From Thraustochytrium aureum (lineage: Eukaryota), in the NCBI GenBank assembly GCA_012862495.1, contig BLSG01000411.1, forward strand, positions 62,001-126,000: a stretch of 64,000 bases of DNA, given 5' to 3'. Positions 11,199 through 23,485 of this stretch are shown in pieces (position 1 is the first letter of the stretch; every line of letters begins with the position of its first letter). Below the pieces are notes generated by a model that ran no database searches, had not been told where the DNA came from, and saw only the letters and a program-made list of their open reading frames with translations. The position numbers and the translations under genes were made by a program.

Positions 11199-12177
11199 TG
11201 CTGCGAGGCAGCGCGCCCTGGCTGGTGCCGCTGCGGGCGCCTGGCCGCGGGGAACGCTGGCAGGGGTTGCGGCGGGCGCGGCGGTGCTCGGGATCGTCAA
11301 GCAGCGCGGCGCGGCGGAGTGTGTGGAGGATGGCGAGCTTGACAGGGTGGATGCGCTGTTCGAGGGGCGGGGCCTGGAGGGAAGTCTCTCGGCCTGCTTT
11401 GAAGAGCTCGAGCGGATGCATGCCGCGGACGACTCTGCCGAATCGCGAAGGGAGGTGTGCTTCAGGCTCGCTCGAGCCGCGTACAACCTGCTCTCGAGCA
11501 CAGATCCGCTCGATGTTGCCGCACACGGGTCCAAGGAGCGCAAGAAGGCGCTGGCTGAGACGGCGGTCAAGATGGCCGAGGAAGCCCGCCAGGTCGCGCC
11601 GGACGACTTTCGCAGTCATTATTGGTGTGGCATCGCGATCCAAGGATACGGCGACCACGTCGGCGGTACAAAGTACACGCTCGAGCGCCTCAACGAGATC
11701 CGCGCGCATTTTGAGCAGGCAGCAGAGCTAAACCCGGGCGGTAAGTTGGAGGTTGCGCACTCGCCCGTCAGGTGAGCGACGGCCCACTGGGAGGACCCAG
11801 GACGCTGACCGAGCGGAACGTCCGGCGCGTCCCTTTTTGCGGCGTACACAGACGGCACGACGCAGTACTGCCTTGGAAGTTGGTGCTACTCGCTTTCGGA
11901 TCTCGGCTGGGTGTCGCGCAAGCTCGCAAGCACCCTCTTTGCGACGCCGCCGACATCGAGCTTTGAGGAGGCGCTCAAGTTTTTCTTAGCCGCTGAAGAA
12001 GCAGAGCCGAGGTTTTGGAACAAGAACGCGCTGATGATTGCGAAATCATACGACAAGCTCGGCGATCGCGCCAACGCAGCGCAATGGGCGCAAGAGACGA
12101 TCGAGCGGCCCTGCATCTCCGCCGAGGACATGGCAGTGCGCAAGGAGGCCGAGCTGCTGCTGTCGCGGAACAAGTAG
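11199..12177 (+). CDS. RMDN1: Regulator of microtubule dynamics protein 1-like (TPR-like); 5' end in gap; intron 11741-11851
   Basis: The spliced product reads HYWCGIAI..G...AAELNPGDGTTQYCLGSWCYSLSDLGWVSRKLASTLFATPPTSSFEEAL, matching the RMDN1/FAM82B pattern. Confidence 0.88.
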
Positions 12178-12299
12178 TCGTACGTTTCGAAAGTAAAGAC
12201 CGACCGAGAGTCTGGCAGCTTTTCTGGTTCGTTGTCGAAGCGACAACGGACCTCGTCGTCGGTCACCTCAGCTGGGCCAAATCTATCTGTGGCTCGCCT

Positions 12300-12410
12300 C
12301 TCGCGAAACCGAGCTCGCGAAACCGAGCTCGCGAAACCGGACTCGCGAAACCGGAGCTCGCGAAACCGAGCTCGCGAAACCGAGCTCGCGAAACGGAGCT
12401 CGCGAAACCG
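12300..12410. repeat. Minisatellite, ~8 copies of CTCGCGAAACCGAG (14-15 bp)
   Basis: Read directly; lies between the convergent 3' ends of RMDN1 and the nitrate reductase-like gene. Confidence 0.95.
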
Positions 12411-12564
12411 GGGGACCGAGCGATGGCACCTGGAAATGGCGAGCAAAGGCCAAAAAATAATTCTATCATCTGTAAAAATGCAGGGCGACCGGCGGCCGCG
12501 CAATCTAGGCGACATCATCGCAACAACAAATCAAGGTCTGGAGAGCAGCTGGACGCAAAAATCG

Positions 12565-14315
12565 CTAAAGCTTGGACGGCTCGGCGGCCACGGTTCCGAT
12601 GAGCCAGTCGGCGAGCATCTCACGGGCCTCCTGCGAATGAATCGCGTTGAAAAACTTGGTCGTGTCTTTTCCCGCGTTCCCCACAATGCTGGTTGCGCCG
12701 CCAGGATGGTCCTTGAGCCAGTTGGTCACGTCAAAGACCTTGCCGTCAATCACGATCCAGCAGTCCTCAGCCGTGACGTGCTCGGCGACCTGCGCCAGCG
12801 TAAAAGAGGCAGCGCCTTCAGGGCCTCCTCTGCCTTGGCAGCCTTGGCGGCGTCTTGGACGGGAGCAACCGTGGGCGCCTCCTCCACCATCCAGCCGCCC
12901 TGGTCCTCGATCGTGGCTGGGTGCTTAAAGTGGAGCGCGAGGCCTTGCTCTGTGCGGACGGGAGCAATTTTGACGCGAAACCACGGGTTGTTCATCATCC
13001 CGAGGATCGACCAGGTCAAGTTGCCGGGCTGCGTATTCGTGCTCTCGTCCCAAGCGCGCACCGCGACCTCCTTGGACTCGAGGAGGCGCTTCGGGTCAAT
13101 CTCCATGCTCCACAGTGTCCAGCACCAGTGCCGCCCGTAGCTGGTTGGCTTTTCCGCCTGGTCGATGCTGGCGAGCTCCCAAACCCTGCCGCTATCGAAC
13201 GAGACCTCAACTCGCGTAATCTTGCGCCCCCCGCCGTTGTACGCGTACCCGCGCATCGTGTATGTCGGCGACGCGCGGTTGAGCACGAGGAGCTCGTTGT
13301 GCGCCGGGGACGAAATGACGCTGTTGATGTTGCGGTCATTGATGATGAAGCGCGGGTCCTTGAACCACGAGTCGTCCTTCTTGACCACCTCCTGGTCGAC
13401 GTGCGACGGGAGGAGCCGGTTGTCAAAGTAGTGGTACCAGCTGGTCGACTCGGTGCGAGACAGGCCGAGCTTGCCGAGCCACTTCACGGAGCGACCGCCG
13501 ATGAAACCGGGAATCAGCACGCGCACTGGAAACCCATGGTCTGGCAGGAGCCGCTCGCCGTTTTGCTCAAAGGCAAGCAAGACATCCCGGGCCGGGTCGA
13601 GCGCAGTGTCCATAGTGAGGCTTGTCCCATAGGCGCCGTTCGGGAGGTCGTCTACGCCTTCAAAGCAGACGTACTTGGCTTCTTGCAGGTTGCCCTCGGA
13701 GAGTAGGCCGAAGTGCTCCAGGATGTCGGACATGCGCACGCCAGTCCAAATCGAAGTGGACGCGGCCCCGCAGCCCCAGGAGAACCCCTTCGACTGTTTG
13801 AAAACGTTTTGCTCCATGCGACGGTTCCCGGCGCAGGTCAGGGTCACCGAAACAGTTCGCAGCGGGAATTTCGTTGTCAGGTCGTGCATCGAAAGCTCGC
13901 CCACGACGCTGCCGTCCAAGTCGTGGACCTGCACGCGGTGGGTCTCCCACGCGAGCTTGGGCACCGGCCCGTGGTTGCGCACGTAGTGCAGCGACGCGGG
14001 CGTGAAAAACCCCTTCTCCATCAGCACCGGCAGCGGCGGCTCCGAGTTGAACGGGTGGTTGCCAGTCAGGCGGAGCATTTCGCGCTTTCGCGGGACCCAC
14101 TCGTCTGGGGTGCCCTTGTCGCGCTCGTCAATCTCGCTAGCCTCCTCGGACCGCGGCAGCTCGTACTCGTCCGGCACGAACGCCATCTCTTTGGCGTCGA
14201 CGAGGCTCGGGGCCTGGCAGAGCTCCACATATGCGGTTGGGGACCGCACTAGGCCGCTGGCGCCGAGCCCAGCGGCCTTGCCGCCGCCCTTCCCCTGCCC
14301 TGACCCGCCGCCCAT
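12565..14315 (-). CDS. NR: Eukaryotic nitrate reductase-like protein (Moco + dimerisation + cytochrome b5; no FAD/NADH domain); apparent -1 homopolymer frameshift at 12802-12805
   Basis: DERDKGTPDEWVPR, RLTGNHPFNSEPP, LHYVRNHGPVP, Moco Cys in LTCAGNRRMEQN, DHGFPVR, WSILGMMNNPWF. After the shift: HVTAEDCWIVIDGKVFDVT..HPGG..AIHS, then a stop. Confidence 0.92.
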
Positions 14316-15346
14316 CCTGCCGGCGTCCTGGGGTCCTCGTCTGGGCTCGCGCTCTGATTCGGCGCGCGGTCGCTGGGTGAGCGGATTATTTCGGGTCTGC
14401 CTGTCCGTGCGGCGAGTGCTCGGCCACGCCAACCTTTGTCAGCAAGCGCCAGGATTCAGCTCGCCTTGCCTTCGCCCCGTCTTCTCGTCGAAAGGTTGCC
14501 AACTGTTTGGACAGTAGCAGACCAGGTCAAGCTTGGCTGCCTGCTTGCCCGCCTCGTTGCCGAGATGACTCCTCCTGGTGCTGCTCCTGGTGCGTCGCGT
14601 CGCTTTCGACGGCGGCGCCTCTCCAGTCTTGGATGAACGCTGCACGAGCGAGCACCACGATGGTCACGGCCGCCCTCCCTCCCTCCCTCCCTCCCTCCTC
14701 CCTCTCGCTCGCTCGCTGTGAAAAGAGCAACGAGTAAGGGACTCTGTTTCGCTCGGACTGGCAGGCGCCCGCGCGGCATTCGGCGCTTCGCACGGCACTT
14801 CCTCCAACTACTTGGTCTACGAGTAAGTACTTACCCATGACACGGGCACGGAGAGCCTGCGCGGGCGGTGCCTCAGGCTTGCCGCGAGGCTCCTGCGCTG
14901 CGAGGCTCTTCTTGCCCGCCGGTGCGGGCGCTCGCGAGCGGTCGGGCGACTTTTGCGCGGTTGGGCGACTCTTGAGCGGGCTCGCAAACTTTGAACATCG
15001 ACGCGGTCCCTCTGGTCTGTGTGGGCACCGAGGAGACGCTCCCTCCCCGAAGTGACTCGCGCAGCAAAGGAGGCACCCGAGCGCTGGTCGACGTCGAACA
15101 AACGAAGCCCGATGACGGCCGGTGCGAACANNNNNNNNNNNNNNNNNNNNNNNNNNNNNNNNNNNNNNNNNNNNNNNNNNNNNNNNNNNNNNNNNNNNNN
15201 NNNNNNNNNNNNNNNNNNNNNNNNNNNNNNNNNNNNNNNNNNNNNNNNNNNNNNNNNNNNNNNNNNNNNNNNNNNNNNNNNNNNNNNNNNNNNNNNNNNN
15301 NNNNNNNNNNNNNNNNNNNNNNNNNNNNNNNNNNNNNNNNNNNNCA

Positions 15347-17167
15347 TCATGACTGCAAGATCTTCTTGTTCGTGGCCCCGGGCGCGAAGACGAGGTGCCG
15401 AAAGCGAAGCAGGAGCTTGTCGCCCTTGGACAGCTTGTGCCCCGACGGGAATGTCGCGGTAAACTTGCCCGTCTTGCCGAAGGGGCTGTCCAGGCGGCCC
15501 ACGGCGCCGTCCGCCGTCTCCAGCCGCTTGCCTACGAAGCGCTCCAAGTCCGCATCTTTGGCGAACATGCCCTTGCCGATCACGGAAGTCTCGTCTTTGA
15601 CCCGGTCAACCGTGCCCGTGCGCTCCTTGAGCTTGAACACGTTGAGCTTCGCGCGGTCCTCCGCAGAGAGTGGCTGCGCGAACTGGCGCGACACGCGACC
15701 GTAAAAGGCGATGCGGCAGCTCTTTGTGTCGACGTCCATGTCGAGCCGCGAACCGATCACGGTCGCGCCAGCCTGGCAGATCAAGGGCTGCTCAAACTCG
15801 AGCAGTGCCCAGTGCAGGAACGGGCCGCCCTTCGCCTTGCCGCCGCCCTGCAGCTCCTCATCGTACTTGTAGGCCGCGCCCTGGTCCCACTCGAGAAGCG
15901 GCAAGGGCTTGCCCAAGTGCGAAGCTGCCGTCGCCTTGAGCTCGCTGGAGCCGAACAGCGTCACCGTGCACAACGTTGTGGAGTGCCCCACGGTGACGTG
16001 CAACTTGGATCGCGAGGGGCAGGAGAGAGGAAAGTACTTGACCTTGCGCACAAGGGCGACGACCGCATGCGTGGAAGGGACGGACCCCGGCGTAGTGAGG
16101 ACCCCGCGCTCAAGCAGCTTGGCGTCAAGGTTGGGGAGGCAGACAGCGGCGCGGTCGCCCTTGGCCGCCGACCCCACGGGCCGCTTGAACATCTGGATCG
16201 ACTTGATCTTGCGCTCCAGCTTGAGCTGCGGAAGCTCGACCGTGTCGCCCACCCTGGCTTGCCCACTTAGCACGGTGCCGGTCAGCACGGTGCCCTTGCC
16301 TTTGATGGGGAAGCAGTGGTCGATCGCAAAGTAGAGCGGCTCGGTCGCTGCCTGTCCGCGGTCCGGGAGCACCGTGGTCCTGCGAAGGTGCTCCACGAGG
16401 CCGTCCAGCCCGAGCGACTCTGGCTTTGGCCCGGTCTCGTGGCCTTGCGCTTGCTGCTGCGCAGAGTTTGCCCCGACGCCGCCTTTGCCATCCCCCCCAA
16501 CGACGGCCGAGACAGCGAGGACCGGGCACCCCTTGAACCGCGTCCCCTCGAGGGCCTGCCTCACGACGCGCGTCACGCGCTCGACGCCCGCCTCGCGCTC
16601 TCCCTCCGGCAGCAGGTCGATCTTGTTGAGGACCACGGTCAGGTCGTTCGCGTTCGCGAGGATCTCACCGATAACCAGGCACTCGGCGGTCTGTGTCTGC
16701 ACCCCTTTCGTGACATCGACGACCAGAATCATGCGGTCGATGATCTGCGCGCCGCCGATGATCGTTTTGATCAGCGAAGCATGGCCCGGACAGTCCACGA
16801 GCGTGTACTGGACTTTGCTGTACGAGCACTGACCCGCCAGATGCGCGGGCAGGGGGGCAGTGAACGCTGAGAACCCCAGATCGAGCGTGATCCCGCGCTC
16901 CTTGGACTGCGGGTGCTTGTCGAGCGCCGCAGTCGAAAGCATCGTGCTCAGCGCGCGTACGAGCGAGGTTTTCCCGCTGCGGGCGGCGTCAGTCTTGGCT
17001 CTCCCGCGCAGCGCGTTGCAGGAACTCCAAACTCACCTGTCCACGTGGCCCAGCACGCCAACGTTCACATTCACCGTCTCTCCATCCGCCGCCATCTGCG
17101 CAGCCGCTTCCGTCTCCGCGGGCGCAGGTCGCGGCGGACTCGCCTCGGCCATCGCGTCCATCATCAT
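15347..17167 (-). CDS. EEFSEC: Selenocysteine-specific elongation factor (eEFSec/SelB); intron 16977-17036; start at 17167, 17152 or 17095
   Basis: Spliced NVNVGVLGHVDSGKTSL; AALDKHPQSKERGITLDLGFS, VDCPGHASLIKTIIGGAQIID, CRIAFYG, and the domain IV motif SPFGKTGKF. Confidence 0.95.
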
Positions 17168-17742
17168 CACCCCGCGAAAACAGCAACAACAACAACAACT
17201 CCAAGCCCACCACGCCCCTGCGCCAGGGGACGCTCCAAGGCGCAGCCGCCCCGAGGCCTCTCGCTGTGCCGGCCACGACGGCGCTGCTCGTCCCGGGCGC
17301 GCGGCTGCTGCTCTGTTGGCTCCTGAGGGAGAGGGAGGATTGGATCTGGAGCGATGAGCACTTGGAGAACGCGCAGCAGCAGATGCTCAACGCGGTGGAG
17401 GAGCCCGAGCGCGACGCGGGACGCGGGACGCGGCGCGCAGAGCGACCTGCGGAGTGGCGCGCAGAGCAACGCGCAGAGTGGCGCGAGCGAACGCGCGAGG
17501 GGGCGTGCAGGCGGCCGGCCGGCCGGCTGCGCCAAGGGTTCGGCGCGGCGGAAGGCCCAACGTCGGCGCCTGGACGCGCGCGCAAGGAAGGAGGTAGGGC
17601 CCAGAGGCTGGCTGTCTGACTAGCTGGTTGGCTGGCTGGCTGGCTGGCACGTCGGCCGGGCTGGCACGTCGGCCGGGCTGGACGCGGGCTTGGTCGGCAG
17701 TGAGCGGCGGGGAAGTGGCTGCGGGCGCAGGGGGCCGCGGAA

Positions 17743-18747
17743 ATGGACTACTTTTTGGTCACGTTTGCTCGCGGGGCGCGCCTTGGCATGAGCGTGATTG
17801 CGCGCGAAGGGAGCGCCCTGCCCGAGCTGGGCAACACCGTGGTGGACTCGGTTGAGCCAAGCGGACCCGCGCGCCAGGGTGGCGTAGAGCCAGGCGACTT
17901 TGTGCTCTCTGTGAATGAGCAATACGTGGCCTTCGAAGCCAACTTGGAGGTAGTTCGCATTCTGAAAGCTGCAATCCAGGAGCAGCAGCCGCTCAACATC
18001 TACTTTTGTCGGCCCAACCACTTTGACTGGGCCCAGATACAGCGCTCGTCGGAGGCCCCCATCAAGGAGGGCATGGTGCAAAAGCTGCACCAGGGCCTCT
18101 TCCGCAAGTGGAACATGCGAAACCTCAAGGTGACCCGAGAGACGCTCCAGTACTCGAGCGAGGGCGTGCTGAAGGGCAAGTATGCCATCGAAGACATCGG
18201 CACGCCGCGTCTCGCCGCAGGCTACGCCACGCAGCAAGGCGTTTTCGAGGTCAAGTGTGGCGACAAGGACTTTACGATCCAGACCAACAGTCCGCACTCG
18301 CGCAACGTCTGGATGCACGCCATTGAGTGCGCCGTGGCCAAGACGTTCCAAAGGCCGCTAACTGCGGTCAGCAACGGGGGGACGGGGGCGGGCGGCTCTG
18401 CGCGCCCCCTGAATGTGCAGCCCTCGGCCACTGGGCCGCCGCCTGCCCCGCCGAGCATACAGTCCGACGGCCTCGATGCTTATCTGCAGATGGGCCGCGA
18501 CGCGCTGCGCCGCCAAGCGCAAGAGAGCAGGGGCGCTGCGTCGCGAGGGGGCGCCGACGCGGCGGCCAGCAACGCCGTGTACAAGATCCTGAGCCTTTCA
18601 AGCGTGCAGGCGGCAGCGGGCCCAGACAACGTTGTTTCTCTAGACGGGGTGCGGGACCCCAACAAGATCGTGTTGGAACTCGTTGACTACGACTTCAAGT
18701 TGGAAAGTGATGTGCTTTCTCGCGCCCCTTCGCGGCGCGCGGCGTGA
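17743..18747 (+). CDS. PDZ + PH domain protein
   Basis: RLGMSV..VVDSVEPSGPARQGGVEPGDFVLSVNE (PDZ); IKEGMVQKLHQGLFRKWNMR..RNVWMHAIE (PH). The termini are uncertain. Confidence 0.8.
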   Translation: MDYFLVTFARGARLGMSVIAREGSALPELGNTVVDSVEPSGPARQGGVEPGDFVLSVNEQYVAFEANLEVVRILKAAIQEQQPLNIYFCRPNHFDWAQIQRSSEAPIKEGMVQKLHQGLFRKWNMRNLKVTRETLQYSSEGVLKGKYAIEDIGTPRLAAGYATQQGVFEVKCGDKDFTIQTNSPHSRNVWMHAIECAVAKTFQRPLTAVSNGGTGAGGSARPLNVQPSATGPPPAPPSIQSDGLDAYLQMGRDALRRQAQESRGAASRGGADAAASNAVYKILSLSSVQAAAGPDNVVSLDGVRDPNKIVLELVDYDFKLESDVLSRAPSRRAA

Positions 18748-20093
18748 CGACGAGGGCGCGGGCTGTGGTTTCTCGGCGCCAAGCCGACGTGCCGCGAGCT
18801 TCATGAGCCAGCGCTGTCAGGGGCTCCGGCTGCGGCACAAGTAGCCTAGTACATACTCTTCACCACTCGAACACGGACTTATTTCGATCTCGCCGCGGAG
18901 CGATGCAATTCAGCCAAGCCGGTGGATTGGTCAGTCAGCCAATGCGGCTGGGTCACCTTTGAGCGAGCTCGGTGCGAGACGGTCTCGGGGCCTCGGATTT
19001 CCACCGCTGCTTCCCGCTCGGCTGCAAGCTGCTGGGGCTCCCTCCCACCACCACTGCATTTCCGCCCCTTGCGATGCGCTTGCAAAGGAGCATGCAGTGT
19101 CCTTGATCCCTCCCTCCTGCTCAACTATCCATGGAAAACGAAAACCAAAAGCATGCAGCAGACGCGCCGCAACTCGTCATCGTCCGCGCACCACTGCGAT
19201 TGCGTCATGTCCTCATCCGGCGACACCACGGAAGAAGAAGTCCCGCGTCGCGCAAGCGTGCATTCCCCTTCCACGCCGCCTCGGAGGCAAAACCAGCTCA
19301 CGCTCACTCCCTCGATTGCAATCGAGAGTACTGGCGCTCCTCCTCACCAGCCTGGAAACAGCAGACATCGTCACGCGCCTGCCCTTGCGGCACCGCGTCG
19401 CAGCACATCGGGCGCTGCCTGGCTGGCTGCCCGTCAACGCATCCGTCCGTCTCCTTGGCGCCAAGCCGCGCTCATTCTCATTCATCATTCATCTCATTCA
19501 TCTCATTCATCTCATTCACGTTGTTGTTCTTGTACTCCATTTTGTTGTGCCAAAGCCCATCAGTCTCGGGCACAGGCCGTGGCTTTACGCACAGGGCGGA
19601 TTTTACAGGCGATAGGCGCGAAGGTGCAGCGGCGCGCCATAAGGCTCGACGTGCGGTTGGATTCGTGCTGCAACACAGAGGACACGNNNNNNNNNNNNNN
19701 NNNNNNNNNNNNNNNNNNNNNNNNNNNNNNNNNNNNNNNNNNNNNNNNNNNNNNNNNNNNNNNNNNNNNNNNNNNNNNNNNNNNNNNNNNNNNNNNNNNN
19801 NNNNNNNNNNNNNNNNNNNNNNNNNNNNNNNNNNNNNNNNNNNNNNNNNNNNNNNNNNNNNNNNNNNNNNNNNNNNNNNNNNNNNNNNNNNNNNNNNNNN
19901 NNNNNNNNNNNNNNNNNNNGAGGAGGAGGAGGCGCGAGCAGAACAGATCGCGAGCCCCTGCAGCAGCAGGAGCAGGAGCGGGGAGCGGGAGCGGGGAGCA
20001 GCGGCGGGGAGCAGCGGGCAGGCGCGAGCGCGGCGGTCGAGCGCGGGCGGCTGGAGGCTGCCTTCCTTCTCTGTCGGCGTCGCGCGGGCCAGG

Positions 20094-23000
20094 ATGCTGT
20101 CCGCGGCGGTTGCGGTGACCCACGGGCGAGGCATGCTCGCGAGGAGCGCGAGGCTGTGGCAGGGCGCTGCCGCGGCGAGGGTCGCTGCCGGCGGCCAGGG
20201 AGCGAGACGGCTGCACGGGCTCCAGGTGGGCGTGCTCAAGGAGCCGGAAGACCGAGTCGCGCTGGTGCCCGATAACGTCAAGACCCTCGTGAAGAAGGGC
20301 GCCGAGGTGCGAGTCACCAGGGGCGCCGGCGAGAAGGCCGGGTACTCTGACGCGCTGTACGAGGCCGAGGGGGCCAAGATTGTCAGCGAGGATGAGATTT
20401 GGAAGAGCAGCGTCGTGGTCTCGATCAACAACCCTGGCCCGGAAAAGCTCAAGCTCCTCGAGAACCGCGCCATCATCAGCCAGCTGCAGGCGCGCTCCAA
20501 CCCGCAGGTGTACGAGCAGCTCGTCGAGCAGGGCGCCACCGGGCTGAGCCTCGACATGCTGCTCCGCACGCTGAGCCGCGGACAGTCCTTCGACGTGCTC
20601 AGCTCGCAGGCCAACGTTGCCGGCTACCGCGCGGTGATCGAGGCCGGCTACAACATGCAGCGCCCCTTCGCCGGCCAAATGACAGCCGCCGGTCGCGTCC
20701 AACCCGCCCGCGTGCTCGTGTGCGGCACCGGAGTCGCTGGGCTGGCCGCTATCCAGGCCGCGAAAAACCTCGGCGCCGTCGTCAACGCCTTTGACGTGCG
20801 CGCCGCCGCGGCCGAGCAGGTAGAGTCCATGGGCGCTTCGTTTCTTCGCGTCGAGTCGAACGAGTCGGGCGACGCTGCGGGCGGGTACGCCAAGGAGATG
20901 TCGCCCGAGTGGTTCGAGGCGGCACGCAAAATGCTCCTCAAGGAATGCGAAAAGACGGACGTGATCATCACCACCGCGCAGGTGCCTGGCAAGAAGGCCC
21001 CGCTTCTGATCACCAAGGACATGGTCAACGTCATGCCGAGCGGCGGCGTCACCGTCGACCTTGCTGCGTCGACCGGCGGCAACATCGAGACCACGCAGCT
21101 GGACCAGGTGGTCACCGTGACCGGCAACCGCGGCCAGCACATCAAGTGCGTCGGCTACGGCAACATGCCCGCGCGGATGGCCTCGGTGGCCAGTCAGCTC
21201 TTTGGCGGCAACGTGACCAAGCTTCTCGTCAGCATGGACAAGGACAACCAGTTTGTCGTTGACGAGAAGGACGAGGCCGTGCGAAGCATGCTCATCGTGC
21301 ACGACGGCAAGCGACTCGGCGAGTACGTCCCGCCGCCTCCGCCCGTCTCGGCTGCAAAGAAGGAGGCCCCGCCCCCGCCCGTCCCGGAGGACCCGCAGGT
21401 CGTGGCGCTCAACCAGGCCCTCGTCGCATCTGGGCTCACCTCGGCCGCTGTGGGCCTTGGCTCCAAGATCCCCGACACTGGCATGCTCGCCACCTTTGCG
21501 CTCTCCGTGTGGGTTGGCAGCCAGGCCGTCCGCGGCGTCGCGCATGCCCTCCACTCGCCCCTGATGAGCATCACCAACGCGATCAGCGGAATGACCATTG
21601 TGGGCGGCATGCTGCAGATGGGCGGCGGGTTCCTGCCCCACACCGGTCCGCAAGCCCTCGCCACCACTGCAGTCGGCCTGTCCGCGGTCAACCTTGCCGG
21701 CGGGTTTCTGGTCACCAAGAAGATGCTCGACATGTTCCGCCGCCCGGACGACCCGCCCGAGTACTTTCACTACATGCTCTTGCCGCCTGCCGCCGCCATG
21801 ACCGGCTTTGGCGTGCTGGGCCTCACCGGAAGCGCCGCGCCCACGCTCAGCAGCACGCTCGCGCTGGCCTCCGGGCTCGGCTGCGTCGCCGGCATCGCGC
21901 AAATGTCAAACCAGCAGACCTCGCGCCTCGCCGTGTTCGCCGGCCTCGGCGGCGTGGGCATGGGCCTCGCGTCCACGCTGTACGATATGAACGTCCCCGG
22001 CCCCGTCTATGTGCAGCTCGCCGCCGCGTCCGGGATCGGCGGCGCAGCGGGCTACTACCTCTCGAGCATCATTGGGCCCACGCAGCTTCCGCAGGCCGTC
22101 GCCGGCTTTCACAGCCTCGTTGGCGTCGCCGCGGCGTCCACCGCGATCGGCGACTTTATGATCCACGACTTTAGCAAGCTCGACGGGTTCCACTCGTCCA
22201 GCATCTACCTCGGCGCCTGGATGGGCGGGATCACGGCCACGGGCTCTGTAATCGCCTGCGGCAAGCTCGCCGAGAAGCTCGACAACAAGCCGCTCCAGCT
22301 CCCGGGCCGCGACGCCCTCAACCTGGCATGGCGGCGGCCACCGTGGCCGGCTACGCCGGGTTTGTCGGTAGCTCGAGCCCCACCGTGGCTGCAGCGTCGC
22401 TCGGCCTCGGCACGGCCATGTCGGGCGCCCTCGGGCTGCACATGACTGCCTCGATCGGCGGCGCCGACATGCCAGTCGTCATCACGCTCCTCAACTCGTA
22501 CTCGGGCTGGGCGCTCTGCGCCGAGGGCTTCATCCTGGACCAGCCGCTCCTCACGGTGGTGGGCGCGCTCATCGGTTCGTCGGGCGCCTTTCTCACCAAG
22601 GTGATGTGCGACGGGATGAACCGCAGCCTCGTCAACGTCATTCTCGGCGGTTTCGGGACCACGGCTGGCAAGGCCTCCACCGCGGAGGGCCTCATCCACA
22701 CCGAGATCGACGTCGCAGGCACGGCTGACGTCATGCGCGACGCCGAGCGCATCTGCATCGTTCCGGGATACGGCCTCGCTGTCGCGCAGGCCCAAAACGC
22801 CGTGGCCGACATTGCCAAGATGCTCACCGCCCAGGGCAAGGAGGTCAACTTTGCCGTGCACCCCGTCGCGGGCCGCATGCCGGGCCAGCTCAACGTGCTC
22901 CTTGCCGAGGCTGGCGTGCCGTACGACCAGGTCCTCGAGATGGAGGAGGCGAACGAGCGGATGGACACCTACGACCTCGTGCTCGTCGTTGGCGCGAACG

Positions 23001-23221
23001 ACACGGTCAACCCGGCGGCGATCGAGGACCCCGAGTCTGCCATTGCGGGGATGCCCATCATCGAGACGCACCGCGCCAAGCACACGATCGTCTCCAAGCG
23101 CTCCGTTGGCAGTGGCTATGCCGGTGTGGAGAACCCGCTGTTCTTCCGCGAAAAGACCGACATGTTGTTGGGCTCGGCCAAGGACACGCTCGAGAAGCTC
23201 CGCACTGAGCTCTCTGCTTGA
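20094..23221 (+). CDS. NNT: Mitochondrial proton-translocating NAD(P) transhydrogenase (alpha-beta single chain); apparent -1 frameshift at 22325-22326
   Basis: Arg/Ala transit peptide; [95 protein letters not shown]. Confidence 0.97.
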
Positions 23222-23485
23222 GCCGCGGAGCGTTGACGAGCTGTGAACCGAAACCGAGCGCCGTGTCGCTCTGCTGCAGAGTCCTTCCTTGATCCGGGCG
23301 CCAAACGCGGCAAGCGCTTCGGCCCGGACCCAGGTCCCCCACCGAAACGATCGAGCGACAATGCCAGAAACACCACCACACACAAAGTTCTGAGAAAGAT
23401 AACTCAAGTTGACCTTTCTTATGGATTGCTGTGCTATGCAATGCAGTTCAAGGCCAAGCAGGGCAGAAGGCGCGCGCGCCGGCGC

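Noticed and set aside
12300..12410. CRISPR-like array
   Set aside because: The units are directly adjacent with no unique spacers, there are no cas genes, and the context is eukaryotic.
6621..14315. Nitrogen-metabolism gene cluster (GAD + NR)
   Set aside because: Unrelated genes lie between them, and there is no nitrite reductase, transporter or Moco gene nearby.
14823..14834. Perfect palindrome GTAAGTACTTAC (a splice donor on both strands) upstream of NR
   Set aside because: It may be a 5'-UTR intron donor, but I found no in-frame acceptor and a single 12-mer is weak evidence.
18880..19686. ORFs between PDZ-PH and NNT, including the upstream extension of ORF 19131-22445
   Set aside because: No recognisable domains, low complexity, and the extension runs through an N-gap.
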